A stretch of DNA of 64,000 nt from the human T2T-CHM13v2.0 reference genome, Homo sapiens. The DNA lies in NCBI RefSeq assembly GCF_009914755.1, contig NC_060935.1; one strand, given 5' to 3'. Positions 14,814-33,899 of this stretch are shown here, piece after piece. Position 1 is the stretch's first letter. Every line of letters starts with the position of its first letter. Made by a program: the position numbers and the translations under genes. Below the pieces are notes generated by a model. It was not told the DNA's origin, did not search any database, and saw nothing but the letters and a program-made list of their open reading frames with translations.

Positions 14814-15338
14814 TGTGGTAGACCAAATAATGTCTCCACCCCTGTAAGAAAAGTCCACATCCTAATCCCTGGAACTTCTGAATATGTTGGTTTACATGGA
14901 AAAGGGCAGTTAAGGCTGCAGATGGAATTAAGGTTGCTGATCAGCAAACCTTAAAATAAGGTGAAAGTCCTGCATAATCAAGTGAGCCCAACATAATCAC
15001 TAGTGTCCTTTGAAGGGAAATGTCCTAAGAGGCAAAAGTGTACCAGAGAAAAGGCAATGTCAGAAGGACTCAGCCTGAAGTTGCTGGCTTTGTAGAGAGA
15101 GAAATTGACTAAAAATCCAGGAATGTGGTTGGCCTCTAGAAGCTGGAAAAGGCAAGAAAATGGGTTTTCCCTAAAGGCTTGAGAAAGCAAGGTGGTCCAG
15201 CCAATCTCTTGATTTTAGCCCAGTGAGATCTATTTCAGATTTCTGAACTACGGACTCTAAGATTAAAAAACAAAAAATGTTGTTTTAAGCTATCACTTTT
15301 GAGGTAATTTGCTCTGGTCACCACAGAAAACTAATATA
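14814..15338 (+). mobile_element. MLT1 (MLT1D-like) MaLR solo LTR
   Basis: tgtggtag...gtccacatcctaatccctggaac start, gcagatggaattaaggttgct, ggcctctagaagctggaaaaggcaag, end gaaaactaatata. Confidence 0.85.
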
Positions 15339-15550
15339 ACAGCACAGACCTTTCTCTCCTCCTCCTCAAATTCAAGCTTCTCTGCTCAAGGGACATTACA
15401 CTCTGTGGATCTTTACAGATATGGTAGTCCTTCTGATATGCAAATCATTTGCCAGAATATGACTATATCTTCTTGAGTAAATCCTAGATGCCTGGTCTTT
15501 TCAGGGCTCCAGGAAGCATTAACAGTGAAAGCATTAAAAAGCATCGAACT

Positions 15551-21720
<6,170 letters not shown>

Positions 21721-21730
21721 AAAAAGCACC

Positions 21731-22157
21731 GAACCAATCCAAATGTCCATCAGTGATCGACTGGATTAAGAAAATGTGGCACATATACACCATGGAATAC
21801 TATGCCGCCATGAAAAGGATGAGTTCATGTCTCTTGCAGGGACATGGATGAAGCTGGAAACCATCATTCTCAGCAAAATATCACAAGGACAGAAAACCAA
21901 ACACCACATGTTCTCATTCATAATTGGTAGTTGAACAATGAGAATACATGGACACAGCGAGGGGAGCATCACACACCCGAGCCTATCGGGGGGTGGGGGG
22001 TTAGGGGAGGGATAGCATTAGGAGAAATACCTAATGTAGGTGATGGGTTGATAGATGCAGCAAACCATCATGGCACGTGTATACCTATGTAACAAAGCTG
22101 CACATTCTGCACATGTACTCCAGAACTTGAAGTATTATAAAAAAAAAAAAAAAAAAA
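21731..22157 (+). mobile_element. 5'-truncated older L1 (L1PA6-8-like), about 410 bp plus poly(A)
   Basis: L1 ORF2 end and 3' UTR with older diagnostics (aatgtaggtgatgggttgat, gcagcaaaccatcatggcacgtg). TSD AAAAAGCATC at 15536-15545 and 22153-22162. Confidence 0.92.
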
Positions 22158-22642
22158 GCATCATCTGGTCTCACTAGAAGTTCCTGAGACACCACAGTAT
22201 CCTTTGGTGAGTGTTTCTTGATATCGGTAATAGGGCAGTTTCTGATTATTTCTTGAGGCATGTGCTCATTTTTTGAGTCATGTGCAGGTATATGAATTCT
22301 ATATCCTAGTATGACATCTGAGGACTTACTTTTGATATATCTTCACTCTCCTTCAAATTGTCTAAAATATTCCCCTTTATCTTTGAAATGATGTAAGATT
22401 TCTTATCTTCTCTATGTTTGCCATAATGAGACTTTTGGGGGCACACTTGTGTGTCACAGACATCCCAAAATCATGATGACAAGCTAATGCTTTACTCATA
22501 GTGCCCAATTTATATCTATATCCAGGAATGAAAATGTCTTTAGCATCTCAGGTAATAAGGAGTTATCAGGCACACCTAGAGAAAAGAAGTGCTTTTAAGA
22601 ACATAGTGGTAATGTACTTTGGCTTTGGAATTCAACAGAACT

Positions 22643-22975
22643 ACAGTTGGTCCTCCATATTTGTGGGTTCCACATTCATGGATTCAACCAATCTTGGGTC
22701 ATAAGTATTGGAAAAAAAACTTCCATCTACACTGAACATGCACAGATTATTTTCCCCTGTCATTATTCCCTAAACAATATAGAATATCAATTATTTACAT
22801 AGCATTTATATTGTATCAGTCATGATGAGTGATTTCAAAATTATTTAAGCATAAAGGAGTATGTTCATAGGCTACATGCAAACACTACCATTTTAGGTAT
22901 GGAACATGAACATCTACAGATGTTGCTATCCAGGAGAGCTCCTGGAAACAACCTCTCACATCGAGAAACGATGAT
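22643..22975. mobile_element. MER2-like (TcMar-Tigger) non-autonomous DNA element
   Basis: ta-cagttggtcctccatatttgtgggttccacattcatggattcaacca start. Internal gtcattattccctaaacaata. Confidence 0.8.
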
Positions 22976-23200
22976 ACTTCAAATACTTTTCCTGTCTCTT
23001 TTTCAAAATCTGAAACCTTGGCAAGGGACATAACCTCTTTAAATCCCAGTTTATATACAATGGGCATGATAATAGCTCCTTTTTCCAAGGGTCATTATTA
23101 GCACTAACTGAAATTATTTTTATAGCAACTACCATAGTTCCAGCACAGGTAAGCACATTTCTATTGTAATATGATTACAATAGACTGTAAGCACATATAT

Positions 23201-23279
23201 AAAGATTATAATTAGAGCTTATGTTTCTATTTACATTTCAATGTGCTTAATAGAAACATAAGCTCTAATTATAATCTTT
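23201..23279. repeat. Perfect 31-bp inverted repeat with 17-nt spacer
   Basis: aaagattataattagagcttatgtttctatt (23201-23231) is the exact reverse complement of 23249-23279. Confidence 0.97.
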
Positions 23280-24334
23280 TGAAAACAAATGTTGCATATT
23301 TTAGTTATGATAGGTGATAGATATATAGGCCTTTTAATATTTGAACCATTTATCTCTTTCTACTCTTTTGTTATTACATAAAAGTCTATTTTCATTAAAA
23401 GGTTTTATCCTTATTTAAAATTATTTTATCATTTACTACCAGAAGTAAATTTACTGAATTAAAGTGGCATCTATGATCGAATCATTTTCCAGAAATTAAC
23501 ATACAAATTACACTTAAGAAAGTATGAATGTTTCTACACTGCCATTTCCTTATTTGCATAGCATGTTGTCATAAAAATTTCTCTGTTATTTTGAAAGTTT
23601 AAAACACCAATTATACGATTTAACTTTCCATTATTGCATTTTTGGATGCAGTTGAACATTGTTTTATGCTTCTTTGTAGTTGTATTTCTTTTACTGTTAA
23701 CTTTGTCATATAGTTTTTCTTAATCTATTGTATTTATCTTGATAAATATTGATATATTTAATTTTTGATATTTAAGATAGTAATCTCTTCCATATTTTTA
23801 TAAATATTTTTGAAATGTTTAAATTTTACCATTTTTTGCTACAGAGAAAATTTCACTTTTAAAGATTATATCTATTTGTCTTTCTCTGTGATTCTTGTCT
23901 ATTGCTGCTATTTACAGTCTTCACAAAGGAAAGATTTAAATGCTTATATTATTTTCTCTATTTTATTTTTTGTCACTGATTTTCATTTAGTTACTTAATT
24001 CATTTTGAAATTAGTTTTGTGGGAATTGAGAGATGAACCACCAAATAGCTAACTATTGAATAATTTTTTTTCTAATTCAGTTTTGATTTCTGTCTTCATT
24101 TCCTTATTTCTTGTACATATATATAAACATTTCTTTTTTCTTAGTGTTTCCAGAGGCTCCGGTTAAGATGAATGCCCCTTGAAATTGATGCACAATATTT
24201 CTTTCAACTACAGCTCTCTTGCCCCTGTAAACTCTATCCCAGCTTCGGAGTACTTACAGAAGGAAGTCTTTTAGAACTAATTTTTGAGAGATTGTACAGT
24301 TCAAGCTTAAGCATGCAGTTTCAAATCACATTCA

Positions 24335-24629
24335 ACAAGCTAATGAAACTGTGATTCAATATGGCTTTCTAACTTATTGCTCTGTGAGGACACCAGGGGC
24401 AGCAAAGGCTGTCACCACCAGAGTTGATTTACTGGGCTCCCTGTGGGACCCAGGTCCCAAGATGCGATGCCTCCGTGTAATCCTGAAGCGACCTGCCACA
24501 CCTTCCACCCTCCAGACTAGAGATCTGCAAGGGGCTTATACCGCACCTGCTCTCTGAGCTAAGCTGAGAAAACAGAAGCCACAGATGGTGACGAGGGTAC
24601 CTCCAAGGCAGGAGAAACCACAGGTAAGA
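24335..24629 (+). promoter_or_regulatory. Candidate OR51Q1 promoter and non-coding exon
   Basis: TAATGA at 24341, O/E-like tccctgtggga near 24438, locally raised GC/CpG, donor CAG|GTAAGA at 24624, pyrimidine tract and AG just before the CDS (about 25426-25430). Confidence 0.35.
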
Positions 24630-25461
24630 CTCCTCTGTGAATCATCAGGAAAAAGAAAAGGGCACATGACTTGTTAGAACATAAGAATTAATACGAGTTA
24701 TCCACTTAAAGCAGTGCCTAAATGTAGATAGTACTCAATAAATGTGATTGTCTTCACCTGGGCTGTTAAACAGACTTCTGACTATTTCCTCTCTTTCTCT
24801 TCTTTCCTATGTTTCCTCCCTTATTTCCAGTTATTTTTTATGTCATAGAAATAAAATCAATATCAGAAGACATTAGCTAATGAGAATAGGACAGAGTAGA
24901 AATAGACTGCAGTACAGTAATAAAACCTTAATGAATGAAAAAATTAGGAGATGAAGAAAAAGTAGCAATAGGTTTACAACTAGTGAAATAGGTGAGAATG
25001 CTGCTACAAAAGTCAAAGGAGATATTTGGAAAAAGACACTGGATTTATATCAAAAAAAGATAAAGATTGAATATTAAGCATCACATTTATACAATAGAGT
25101 TCATTTTTAGCCTTTGTGAGAACAGTATTGATAGTGAGATTTGTATGAAAGGCTGATTTAAATGTGCTGAAAACTGAATGGGAGTGGGAAAATGGGGGCA
25201 GGAAAAATTAGAGTTACCCATGAATTAATATATATTCCGTCATCAAGGGAAGATTAGCTGTGTGGGAGCAGTCTGCAGAATTGGGCTAAGGAAAGGATAT
25301 CATATATCACAATGTTCTTAAATCTTGCTTTAGTTACCCTCAACAACTCTGAACATTTATTTGTGTAGAATTTGGATTAAATGGGGCAAAGAGATATTAT
25401 TTCTAATGTTTCTTTTTCTCCCTGAGTGAAGATCCTGAATCTGAAGACACATTCATCAGTC

Positions 25462-26415
25462 ATGTCCCAGGTCACTAACACCACACAAGAAGGCATCTAC
25501 TTCATCCTCACGGACATCCCTGGATTTGAGGCCTCCCACATCTGGATCTCCATCCCCGTCTGCTGTCTCTACACCATCTCCATCATGGGCAATACCACCA
25601 TCCTCACTGTCATTCGCACAGAGCCATCTGTCCACCAGCGCATGTATCTGTTTCTCTCCATGCTGGCCCTGACGGACCTGGGTCTCACCCTCACCACCCT
25701 ACCCACAGTCATGCAGCTTCTCTGGTTCAATGTTCGTAGAATCAGCTCTGAGGCCTGTTTTGCTCAGTTCTTCTTCCTTCATGGATTCTCCTTTATGGAG
25801 TCTTCTGTCCTCCTGGCTATGTCCGTTGACTGCTATGTGGCCATCTGCTGTCCCCTCCATTATGCCTCCATCCTCACCAATGAAGTCATTGGTAGAATTG
25901 GGTTAGCCATCATTTGCCGCTGTATTCTGGCGGTTCTTCCCTCCCTTTTCTTACTCAAGCGACTGCCTTTCTGCCACTCCCACCTTCTCTCTCACTCCTA
26001 TTGCCTCCACCAGGATATGATCCGCCTGGTCTGTGCTGACATCAGGCTCAACAGCTGGTATGGATTTGCTCTTGCCTTGCTCATTATTATCATGGATCCT
26101 CTGCTCATTGTGATCTCCTATACACTTATTCTGAAAAATATCTTGGGCACAGCCACCTGGGCTGAGTGACTCCGTGCCCTCAATAACTGCCTGTCCCACA
26201 TTCTAGCTGTCCTGGTCCTCTACATTCCCATGGTTGGTGTATCTATGACTCATCGCTTTGCCAAGCATGCCTCTCCACTGGTCCATGTTATCATGGCCAA
26301 TATCTACCTGCTGGCACCCCCGGTGATGAACCCCATCATTTACAGTGTAAAGAACAAGCAGATCCAATGGGGAATGTTAAATTCCCTTTCCCTCAAAAAT
26401 ATGCATTCAAGATGA
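25462..26415 (+). pseudogene. OR51Q1: Class I olfactory receptor OR51Q1, nonsense allele (TGA at codon 236 of 317)
   Basis: ATG 25462 (MSQVTNTTQEG). In-frame TGA at 26167-26169. The same frame continues LRALNNCLSH...NPIIYS to TGA at 26413-26415. Confidence 0.95.
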
Positions 26416-27470
26416 GGGAATGCATTTCTTAAATTACTGACAAGTATGAGTCATAGGCTTAAGGGGGGAATATATTCAGAATTAGGAAACTATAAAATAA
26501 AACTTCATCATAATATTAAGGCAGTATGACAAGTCCTTGGCTTTTAGCATGGAATTTTTGGCTGAGGTGAGCTAGCAGCAGTGATTCTATGCAAAAGAGA
26601 TATGGATCTGAGTTGATAAAATTCTAGCACATCTTAGCAGCTATCCCAACGGGAGGATTTTAATGGATTGAGTAAAGTTCTCTCGAAGCTTGTCTTTCTT
26701 TCTGGATATTTTTCTCTCCTACGGGCTTGTTTAAACTTAAACTCCCAGAAGTTTAAAGGAAATCCTGTTGTTGCCCCTATCACCTATTCTCTTAGGCAGT
26801 TCCATTTAGGCATTTAGGTAAACCTTAGATCTTCTGTTCTGGATCACTCTCACGGGTGATTGGACTTTCCTTTGCAAAGGAATGATAACATTTTGAGGGA
26901 CAATAGACACATCAAGTTTTTCTGCCATTCAGATTTACCTAATTAACACCAGCACTTACCTAATCTGAATTAGGTAAATTCAGATTTACCTAACACCCAA
27001 GTAATTTAATTTACCTAATAAACACTCAGCAAACAAAATAAACATATGCAAGAAGTCTAAAATTAGTGTAAGGTTTTAAGACTTTTCACAGCTCCTACCT
27101 TGCTAGAGTTTTTCAGTATTCAGAATTCAAACTTCTTTCTTGTGGGAAGAAAAACTCATTTTTTTTTCGGACCAGAGCAGACTTTTTTCATACTTTTATG
27201 TTCTTAATGTAGCTCTGCTTCTTACAGGCAGATTCCCTTGGGCATCATGAATTTTTCACGAGCAAATATTGTAGTACAGTGATATGACCTTAAGGATCAT
27301 AAAAAATATTTTGTGGAAACAAGATAAACTTTCCCAGAAATATCGGTTTGAAGGGACAACTATAAATTTGATCACAGCTTCTGATTGCTGGATTCATGGT
27401 GCAGGTGGTCAATATTGGGATCCACTTAGATTTGAATCAACATAGGCAGTGGGAGCACAGTGGAAGGTAG

Positions 27471-27933
27471 TGTTACAGAACTTTCTCCTTAGTTCCGCTA
27501 AAACTGAGCTCTTGTCACACAACCAGGAAGGATTAGGCTCGTAGACACATAGAAGGGTGAGGAAAATGAAAGTTATTCGGGGAAAAGAGAAAAGGGAAAA
27601 CAAAACAAACAAACAAAAAACAAACAAACAAACAAAAAAACACCTTTCAGCAAGATGAAAGAGTCCTGCTACCAGGTTTCCCGACTCACAGATTGAATCC
27701 CAGGTCACCACACAGGAAGAGGAGAGGCCAGGATCTTCCCCTCTGCAAATGGCATGAAGTTCCTGAGGCCGCCCTCCATCCTCCCAGTACACAGGTAGGC
27801 ATTATTCAGAAAGAATCAGTCAGGAAAAGGCAGGCTTCATCCAGGACCAACAGTCTGGTTTTTCAGCCTTCAGGCTGTTATTTAGGGTTGAAGGCAGGGT
27901 TTCACTGGGGACCCCTGGCTGCCTCCTGTCTCT
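27471..27933 (-). mobile_element. ERV1-class solo LTR, family uncertain, with internal (CAAA)n
   Basis: Terminus tgttacagaactttctccttagttc. Other end reads agagacaggaggcagccaggggtcccc on the minus strand. Confidence 0.65.
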
Positions 27934-27960
27934 GTAAGTAGCATTAGAAGTGAAAGGCAG

Positions 27961-28317
<357 letters not shown>

Positions 28318-29199
28318 TCATGTTTTATTTTTTCTCTGCTAGAGCCTAAAAGTTAGCATTTTTTAATAGAAACATGGGTCTGCTGGCGTAAATTGCAAAA
28401 TGGAAGATGTGCATTCTCACAATAGAATTTAAGTCCAGAAAATCCAAATGCTGAAAAAAGTCAAGAACATGGATAGAAATATGGGTCGAAAGAAAATTTT
28501 TGTCAATGTACAGGCTTGTTAATGCTCCAGAACAGCATGTGGAGCAAATAAATTTTGGGATTATGTTGGTTTTTCAAAAGAGGAGCACAGGCTACCATAA
28601 ATAATGTCTTGATGAGCGATATCTATCGATGCAATTTTGTGGTCAGAGATGAACTAACAAGTCAAAACTTAACTAGAAATCAGATGAAGATTAAATCAAG
28701 TAGTCTGCTTTATTATTTGTTGTTCTCCCTTTTCTGTTTCCTTTCTTGAGATAAACTGTTTATTGTCTTCTTCCTTTGCATGTGTGTGTGGCGAGGGGAG
28801 GAGGGCTTTATGACTTTAAAACATCATGATATGTTTAGATTTTGAAATAGATTTCATTTTTGTAAATTTTTTTAATTGGGAAATGTGTCTGCAAAATTAT
28901 TGGGTACCTAAAACGCAAATAACTATACTGGTCATATTTTGTTATAGAAATGTGTTTATTATAAAATATAGAGTATGATTCTAAGAATGTAATATTCTTT
29001 GTATCTTATTGACCCTCTGTAAATTATTTTAAGTTAGCTATTTAAGAGGACATAAGATTGGATATTAATTTTTTGAGATGTTAAATGGATCCATTAGTTC
29101 AAATAGAAGCTAGCCTAGCCTGCTACTATAGAAGAAGGGACAAATTTTCAACCAAACACCTAAGAATCATTTTGCAATAATTAGCGTAAAAAGAAAAGA

Positions 29200-30890
29200 G
29201 ACAGAAAATTTGAAGTTGCCAAGGTGTCCTTCAGTAAACAAATGGATGATCAAATTGCAATACATCCACACAATGCAATATTATTTGGCAATTAAAGAGG
29301 AATGAACTATCAAGCTGCACGAAGATGCGAATGAATCCAAAATGCATATTGCTAAGTGAAAGAAGTCTGTCTTAAAAGGCTAACAAAATACATGATTGTA
29401 TTTAAATAGAATCCTGGAAAAGGCAAAACTATAGTGAGTATGTCAATCAATGGTAGTCAAGGTTTTGGGGAAAGTGAAGTGTTGAATAGGTGAAGCTCGA
29501 GGATTTTATTTTTTAGGGTGGTGGAATCATTCTATCATATTGTTATGGTGCACACATAACACTATGCACTTACCAAAATCTATGGAATTTACAGCATTAC
29601 AGGATGAAGTTTAATGGAAACAAAATTTAAAAATTATTTAAGACATTATAGGATTACAGGATGAAATGCACAATGTGACCAGAAAAATCTAACTCTCTTA
29701 TAGTTATTAAATATATGAAACAACCACACTGAAATAATTCCGGGGAAGGGGGGAGTTGCTGACCTAAGTAACTTTGGAAATAGGTGAAATCTGTTAGACT
29801 AAAGGCAAAAAGAAGTATAGTATGTACTCTACCCTACTTAATGAATCAGTTTCTCATGGCGGTGTGGATTAACACCGCCCTAATACATGTGTTAGGGCAC
29901 AAAAAAGCCCCTACAGTATAGTTTTTTGGCATGTTGAGTGCTTTAAATTAAACAAAACTGAAAGTCCTTATAAATAAGCCTCAAAACCAAGGTCTCTCTC
30001 TGTCTCCCTGTTTTTCTCATCCCCTTTCTTATCTGAAGTTCCCTCATCTGATTACAGAAAGTACCTCCAGAAAAAAATGCAATTATCTTAAAACTCCTTT
30101 TCTAGGACTCTTACCAAATAACCAGGAAAGATTAACCACAGGAGAAAAGAGACTAAAGTCAGTTGTCATCACATCCAGATAAACTTTCCATCTATTCTTC
30201 TGAAGACAGCTTTGAGAGATTACCTGGGAGACATTATCTGCACGATGAGACAACATTTGTTCACAGTGAAGTTCCACTACTCACCTTCCCATCACCTCCC
30301 CCAAAGCACAGAGGAACTTTGTCCTAGTCCATTGTTCTTTTGAGTTATTCATTTCCCCTGGAAATTATTTACTACCCCTCACAATTGCTTACATTTCCCC
30401 TTCTCCTTCTCCCCTATGAAGATGGTATATACCGACCGTCCAACCTTTCTTTTGAGTTTCATATTTTATGTGGCTCCCACGCATATGCACATTAATAAAT
30501 TCATATGCCTTTTATCCTATTAATCTGTCTGTTGTCAGTCATTCCAGTGAATCTTCACAGAGAATGAAAGTGAAGCGTTCTCCCTGCCCCTACACATGTG
30601 TGCTGAAATTGAACAGTTAGGTAAGTGAAGTGAATGACAGATGGCGTGAGCCAGGTTTTTCAGAGTTAGAGTAGAAGGTTACAGACACAAGGGGAAAAGC
30701 CTTGAATGAACCATGAATTAGAGTTGAAGACATCAGTGTGATGTCAGTTTAGCCTAATATAGATGCAGATAAACACAGAAATATTTATAGATTTTGTATA
30801 TGCACAGTTTAGTATGCTGACATATTTTTTTTGCTCTGTAAGCTAGGAGCACCTAGAAGTGACGACAATCCAGTAGGAACAAACACATGA
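29200..30890 (+). mobile_element. Old L1MC-type 3' region, interrupted by an LTR
   Basis: Degenerate L1 3' motifs (gtgtccttcagtaaacaaatggat, atattgctaagtgaaagaag, ggaaaaggcaaaactatag). Confidence 0.7.
29890..30594 (+). mobile_element. MER39/MER34-like ERV1 solo LTR nested in L1MC
   Basis: TG...CA termini, 4-bp TSD CATG at 29886-29889 and 30595-30598, attaataaa poly(A) region. Confidence 0.75.
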
Positions 30891-31471
30891 ATTAACATAA
30901 AACTGAATATCTTTGGAAATAATTTTAACTTATCTGACAAATAAAACCAGCATAGAAAATACTGAAGCTCAAAATTTAGATTTTTGATGAGAAAAATAAA
31001 CCTAAAACTTCTGGTAATTAAAATGTTTTTCTACCATTATATTTCATACGGGAATGATATTAGAAAATAAAAACAACTTCAACTATTTTTAAACATCAAA
31101 TTTAAATTATGTACATTTTTATTGCAAAGAATTATGATATGGTGAATATTAAAATAGTTTTAAATATAAATATACAGTGCATGGTCAAAACTTTTTGATG
31201 GAGGTAAAATAAAATTTTCAGTTAGAGGAAAAAGGTACTGATGTAAAATATCTGACTGTTAAAGAACATGTTCATGTATTCTTAAATTCATGATGTCAGG
31301 TATCAAAACATTATGTGTTTAGATTTTCTTGGATATTTAAAGATGTGATACAACAATTTACTTTAAACTAAGTATATTTATAATACTCTATATATATCCC
31401 AAAAGACATGCTCAACAAGTAAATTTATCATAAAAAAATTAAATATCAATCTGAATATTCTTGAGAAGATA

Positions 31472-31810
31472 TAGGCGTACCTTGGAGATAATATGGGTAC
31501 AGTTCCAGACTGCCACAATAAAGTGAATATTGCAAAAAAAAGAGTCATACTTAAAATTTCCCAGTGCACATAAAAGTTATGTTTACACTATAATATAGTC
31601 TGTTAAATGTTCAGTAGCATGATATCTAAAAATGTACATACATTAAAAATACTTTATTGTTTAAAAATGCTAACAAAATGAGCATATGCTGCTGAAAAGA
31701 TGGCGCAGATAGACTTGCTCAACATAGGGTTATTACAAACCTTCAATTTGTAAAAAATGCGACATCTATGAGGCACAATAAAGTGAAGCATGTAAAATGA
31801 TCCATGCTTA
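31472..31810. mobile_element. Tigger1 internal-deletion relic
   Basis: Both degenerate Tigger1 ends (taggcgtaccttggagata...gttccagac and cacaataaagtgaagc...catgctta) within about 340 bp. Confidence 0.75.
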
Positions 31811-31866
31811 TATATAGATATGTTTTAGCTTCATAAACAAAAATTGGATGACTACTGTTGTAAATA

Positions 31867-32600
31867 TGAAACCACCTTTGCAAAGATTATGACAGTGAGA
31901 GAAATCTAACATGATTGACACCATCTTGCTTCTAGCCTCACAGCCTGGCTGTCTTCACTCATTTCTGGGCATAGGCCAAGCTAACCATAAGAGAATTTAG
32001 TTTATAGTTTAACTTAGAAACAAGGACCATCATAGTCCCTCCCCCAAACTAATCACCTCCTTGTTCAGAGGCTGAAACTACCTTTGTAAGGCTAATGAAA
32101 GACTACAGGATTAGAAATAAGAGAGGCGCCTGAATTCTGCTAAAATGTAGGTATAGTTTTTACTGTCCCTTACTGCTTCAAAGTGATGTGGCCAGAGGTC
32201 ACAAGATTTGTGACTGCTCCAATTGGTCCTATAGTTAACATTGCTACTGTAGAACTTAAGATTGGTGTTTTGAGATGTTTTTCAGACTGACCCCATCCAG
32301 ACTTGTAACTCATGACTCAGCTGGTCCTCTGCACCCACCACACACAGAGCCAGACTCAGCACATGACTACCATTTTCCACATTCTTATTATTGTATCCCC
32401 AGCCAATCAATAGCAGCACCTATTCCCTAGTCCCCTGCCCACCAAACTACCCTTGAAAAACCCCAGCCTTTTTGAGAGTTTGGGGAGACTGGTTTGAGTA
32501 ATAACTCCATCTCCTGTGTGGCTAGTGTCAATAAATTCTTCACCGCAATACCAGGGTCTCAGTCTGTGCAGTGGGCTGGAAGAACCAATCAGTGACTACA
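31867..32600 (+). mobile_element. LTR8-family solo LTR
   Basis: Starts tgaaaccacctttgcaaagattatgacagtgagagaaatct, ends aatcagtgactaca. Confidence 0.88.
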
Positions 32601-33899
32601 AACACACTAAGTATTTCAAAAAAGTCACAGACAACCTTACAAAGACAACCCTTGTAAGCTGGATAAGTCAAGGAGAATAATATGTGGTGAGGACAATATT
32701 TTCATTGTAATTGGAGGCCCCAAAGTGAGTGCGAATGATCAGTGACACTAATCACTGATCAATCAGCACAGTTCCATAAATTCACTTTATACAAAGGCCT
32801 GTGTGTTTAGGAGATGAGAAGATGGTCGTTCCCACTTGACCAAGGTTTGCAGGAAGCCTAGGCAAACATGGGCAGATGCAGAGGGGAGGGGACCCACTAG
32901 ACCCATGATTATGGGGCTGAGGAAGGGGCAGGATGGGGAACAGATAAGAATAAAAGCACCACATGCACGGTAAAGCCACAGAAGCATGAAAGGAAGGGAG
33001 GAAATAGAAAAAGGGTATAGCCAGGAACAGTGATATCAGACTTATTTGCCAATAAGTGTTTATCTAAAATTGAGCCTGGGATTCTACTAAAGAAGAATTT
33101 GCTGCTTTTGCTGAGATTCTTAGAATCTGTAGCCTGGGCATTGTGACATTGTTCATATTTTATTTCATGCTTCAGTTGAGGTCTTTTGGTCAGCTGTTCA
33201 TTCTCAGAGTGTCAGTACATAAATTCTGGGTGTGAGACCACTGGACAGCAAGTTTTAGGAAGAGTCTCTTTTCTTACATAACAAGAAGTTGCTTCATAGG
33301 TAAATGTAAACAAAAATAAACAATTTATTGTTTGATCAAGAACATTTTTGAGAGTAAAAGAAGGTAACATTAATAATAATGCTAAGGAAAACAGATGTAA
33401 ACCATGAATATCTGGAGAAAACCAGAGAGCATGCTCACCTTACTCAAAGACATGTTCCTAGGATAATATTTTTTTAATTGGAAGATATGGTTAGGTAATC
33501 CCTACCTAACCCATAAAAATAGAATTTTGCTTTATTTAAATTTAAATTTCATTAAGTCTCAAGTTTTTACTGTTAACTTACTATTTGTCAGGCTTTTTTG
33601 CTAGGAGTTTTGAGAAAATGAGGAAAAGGAAAATCCATTACTTCTGCCCCAAAGTCACCATATCTGGTTAGAAGAGAAAGTCATGTACATGTGCACACAC
33701 AGAGACACACATACACAAATAAAATGTGAGATGGAAAGGGTTAGGAATAACTCTTGCATTTCAGATTCAAGCCTGTTACAATACTTTGAATTCCTTGTTC
33801 CTATTCCTCCTCAAAATGCCTAATGTAGAGCTTTGCCCATAGCAGAAACATTATCGGAATTTATGAATTTAATGACAGTTCCTGACTCCTTGCAGTGAT

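Noticed and set aside
21731-22157. Second L1 3' end as a 3' transduction of the full-length L1
   Set aside because: The full-length element's own 14-bp TSD closes at 21734, before it; nested insertion fits better.
23201-23279. Hairpin as a MADE1 MITE or known miRNA
   Set aside because: It lacks the MADE1 TIR sequence and I do not recognise it as a miRNA; kept only as a structural finding.
25426-25461. GTG-started N-terminal extension of OR51Q1 in the ORF track
   Set aside because: Artefact of alternative start codons; it overlaps a likely splice acceptor, and the ATG at 25462 gives the canonical length.
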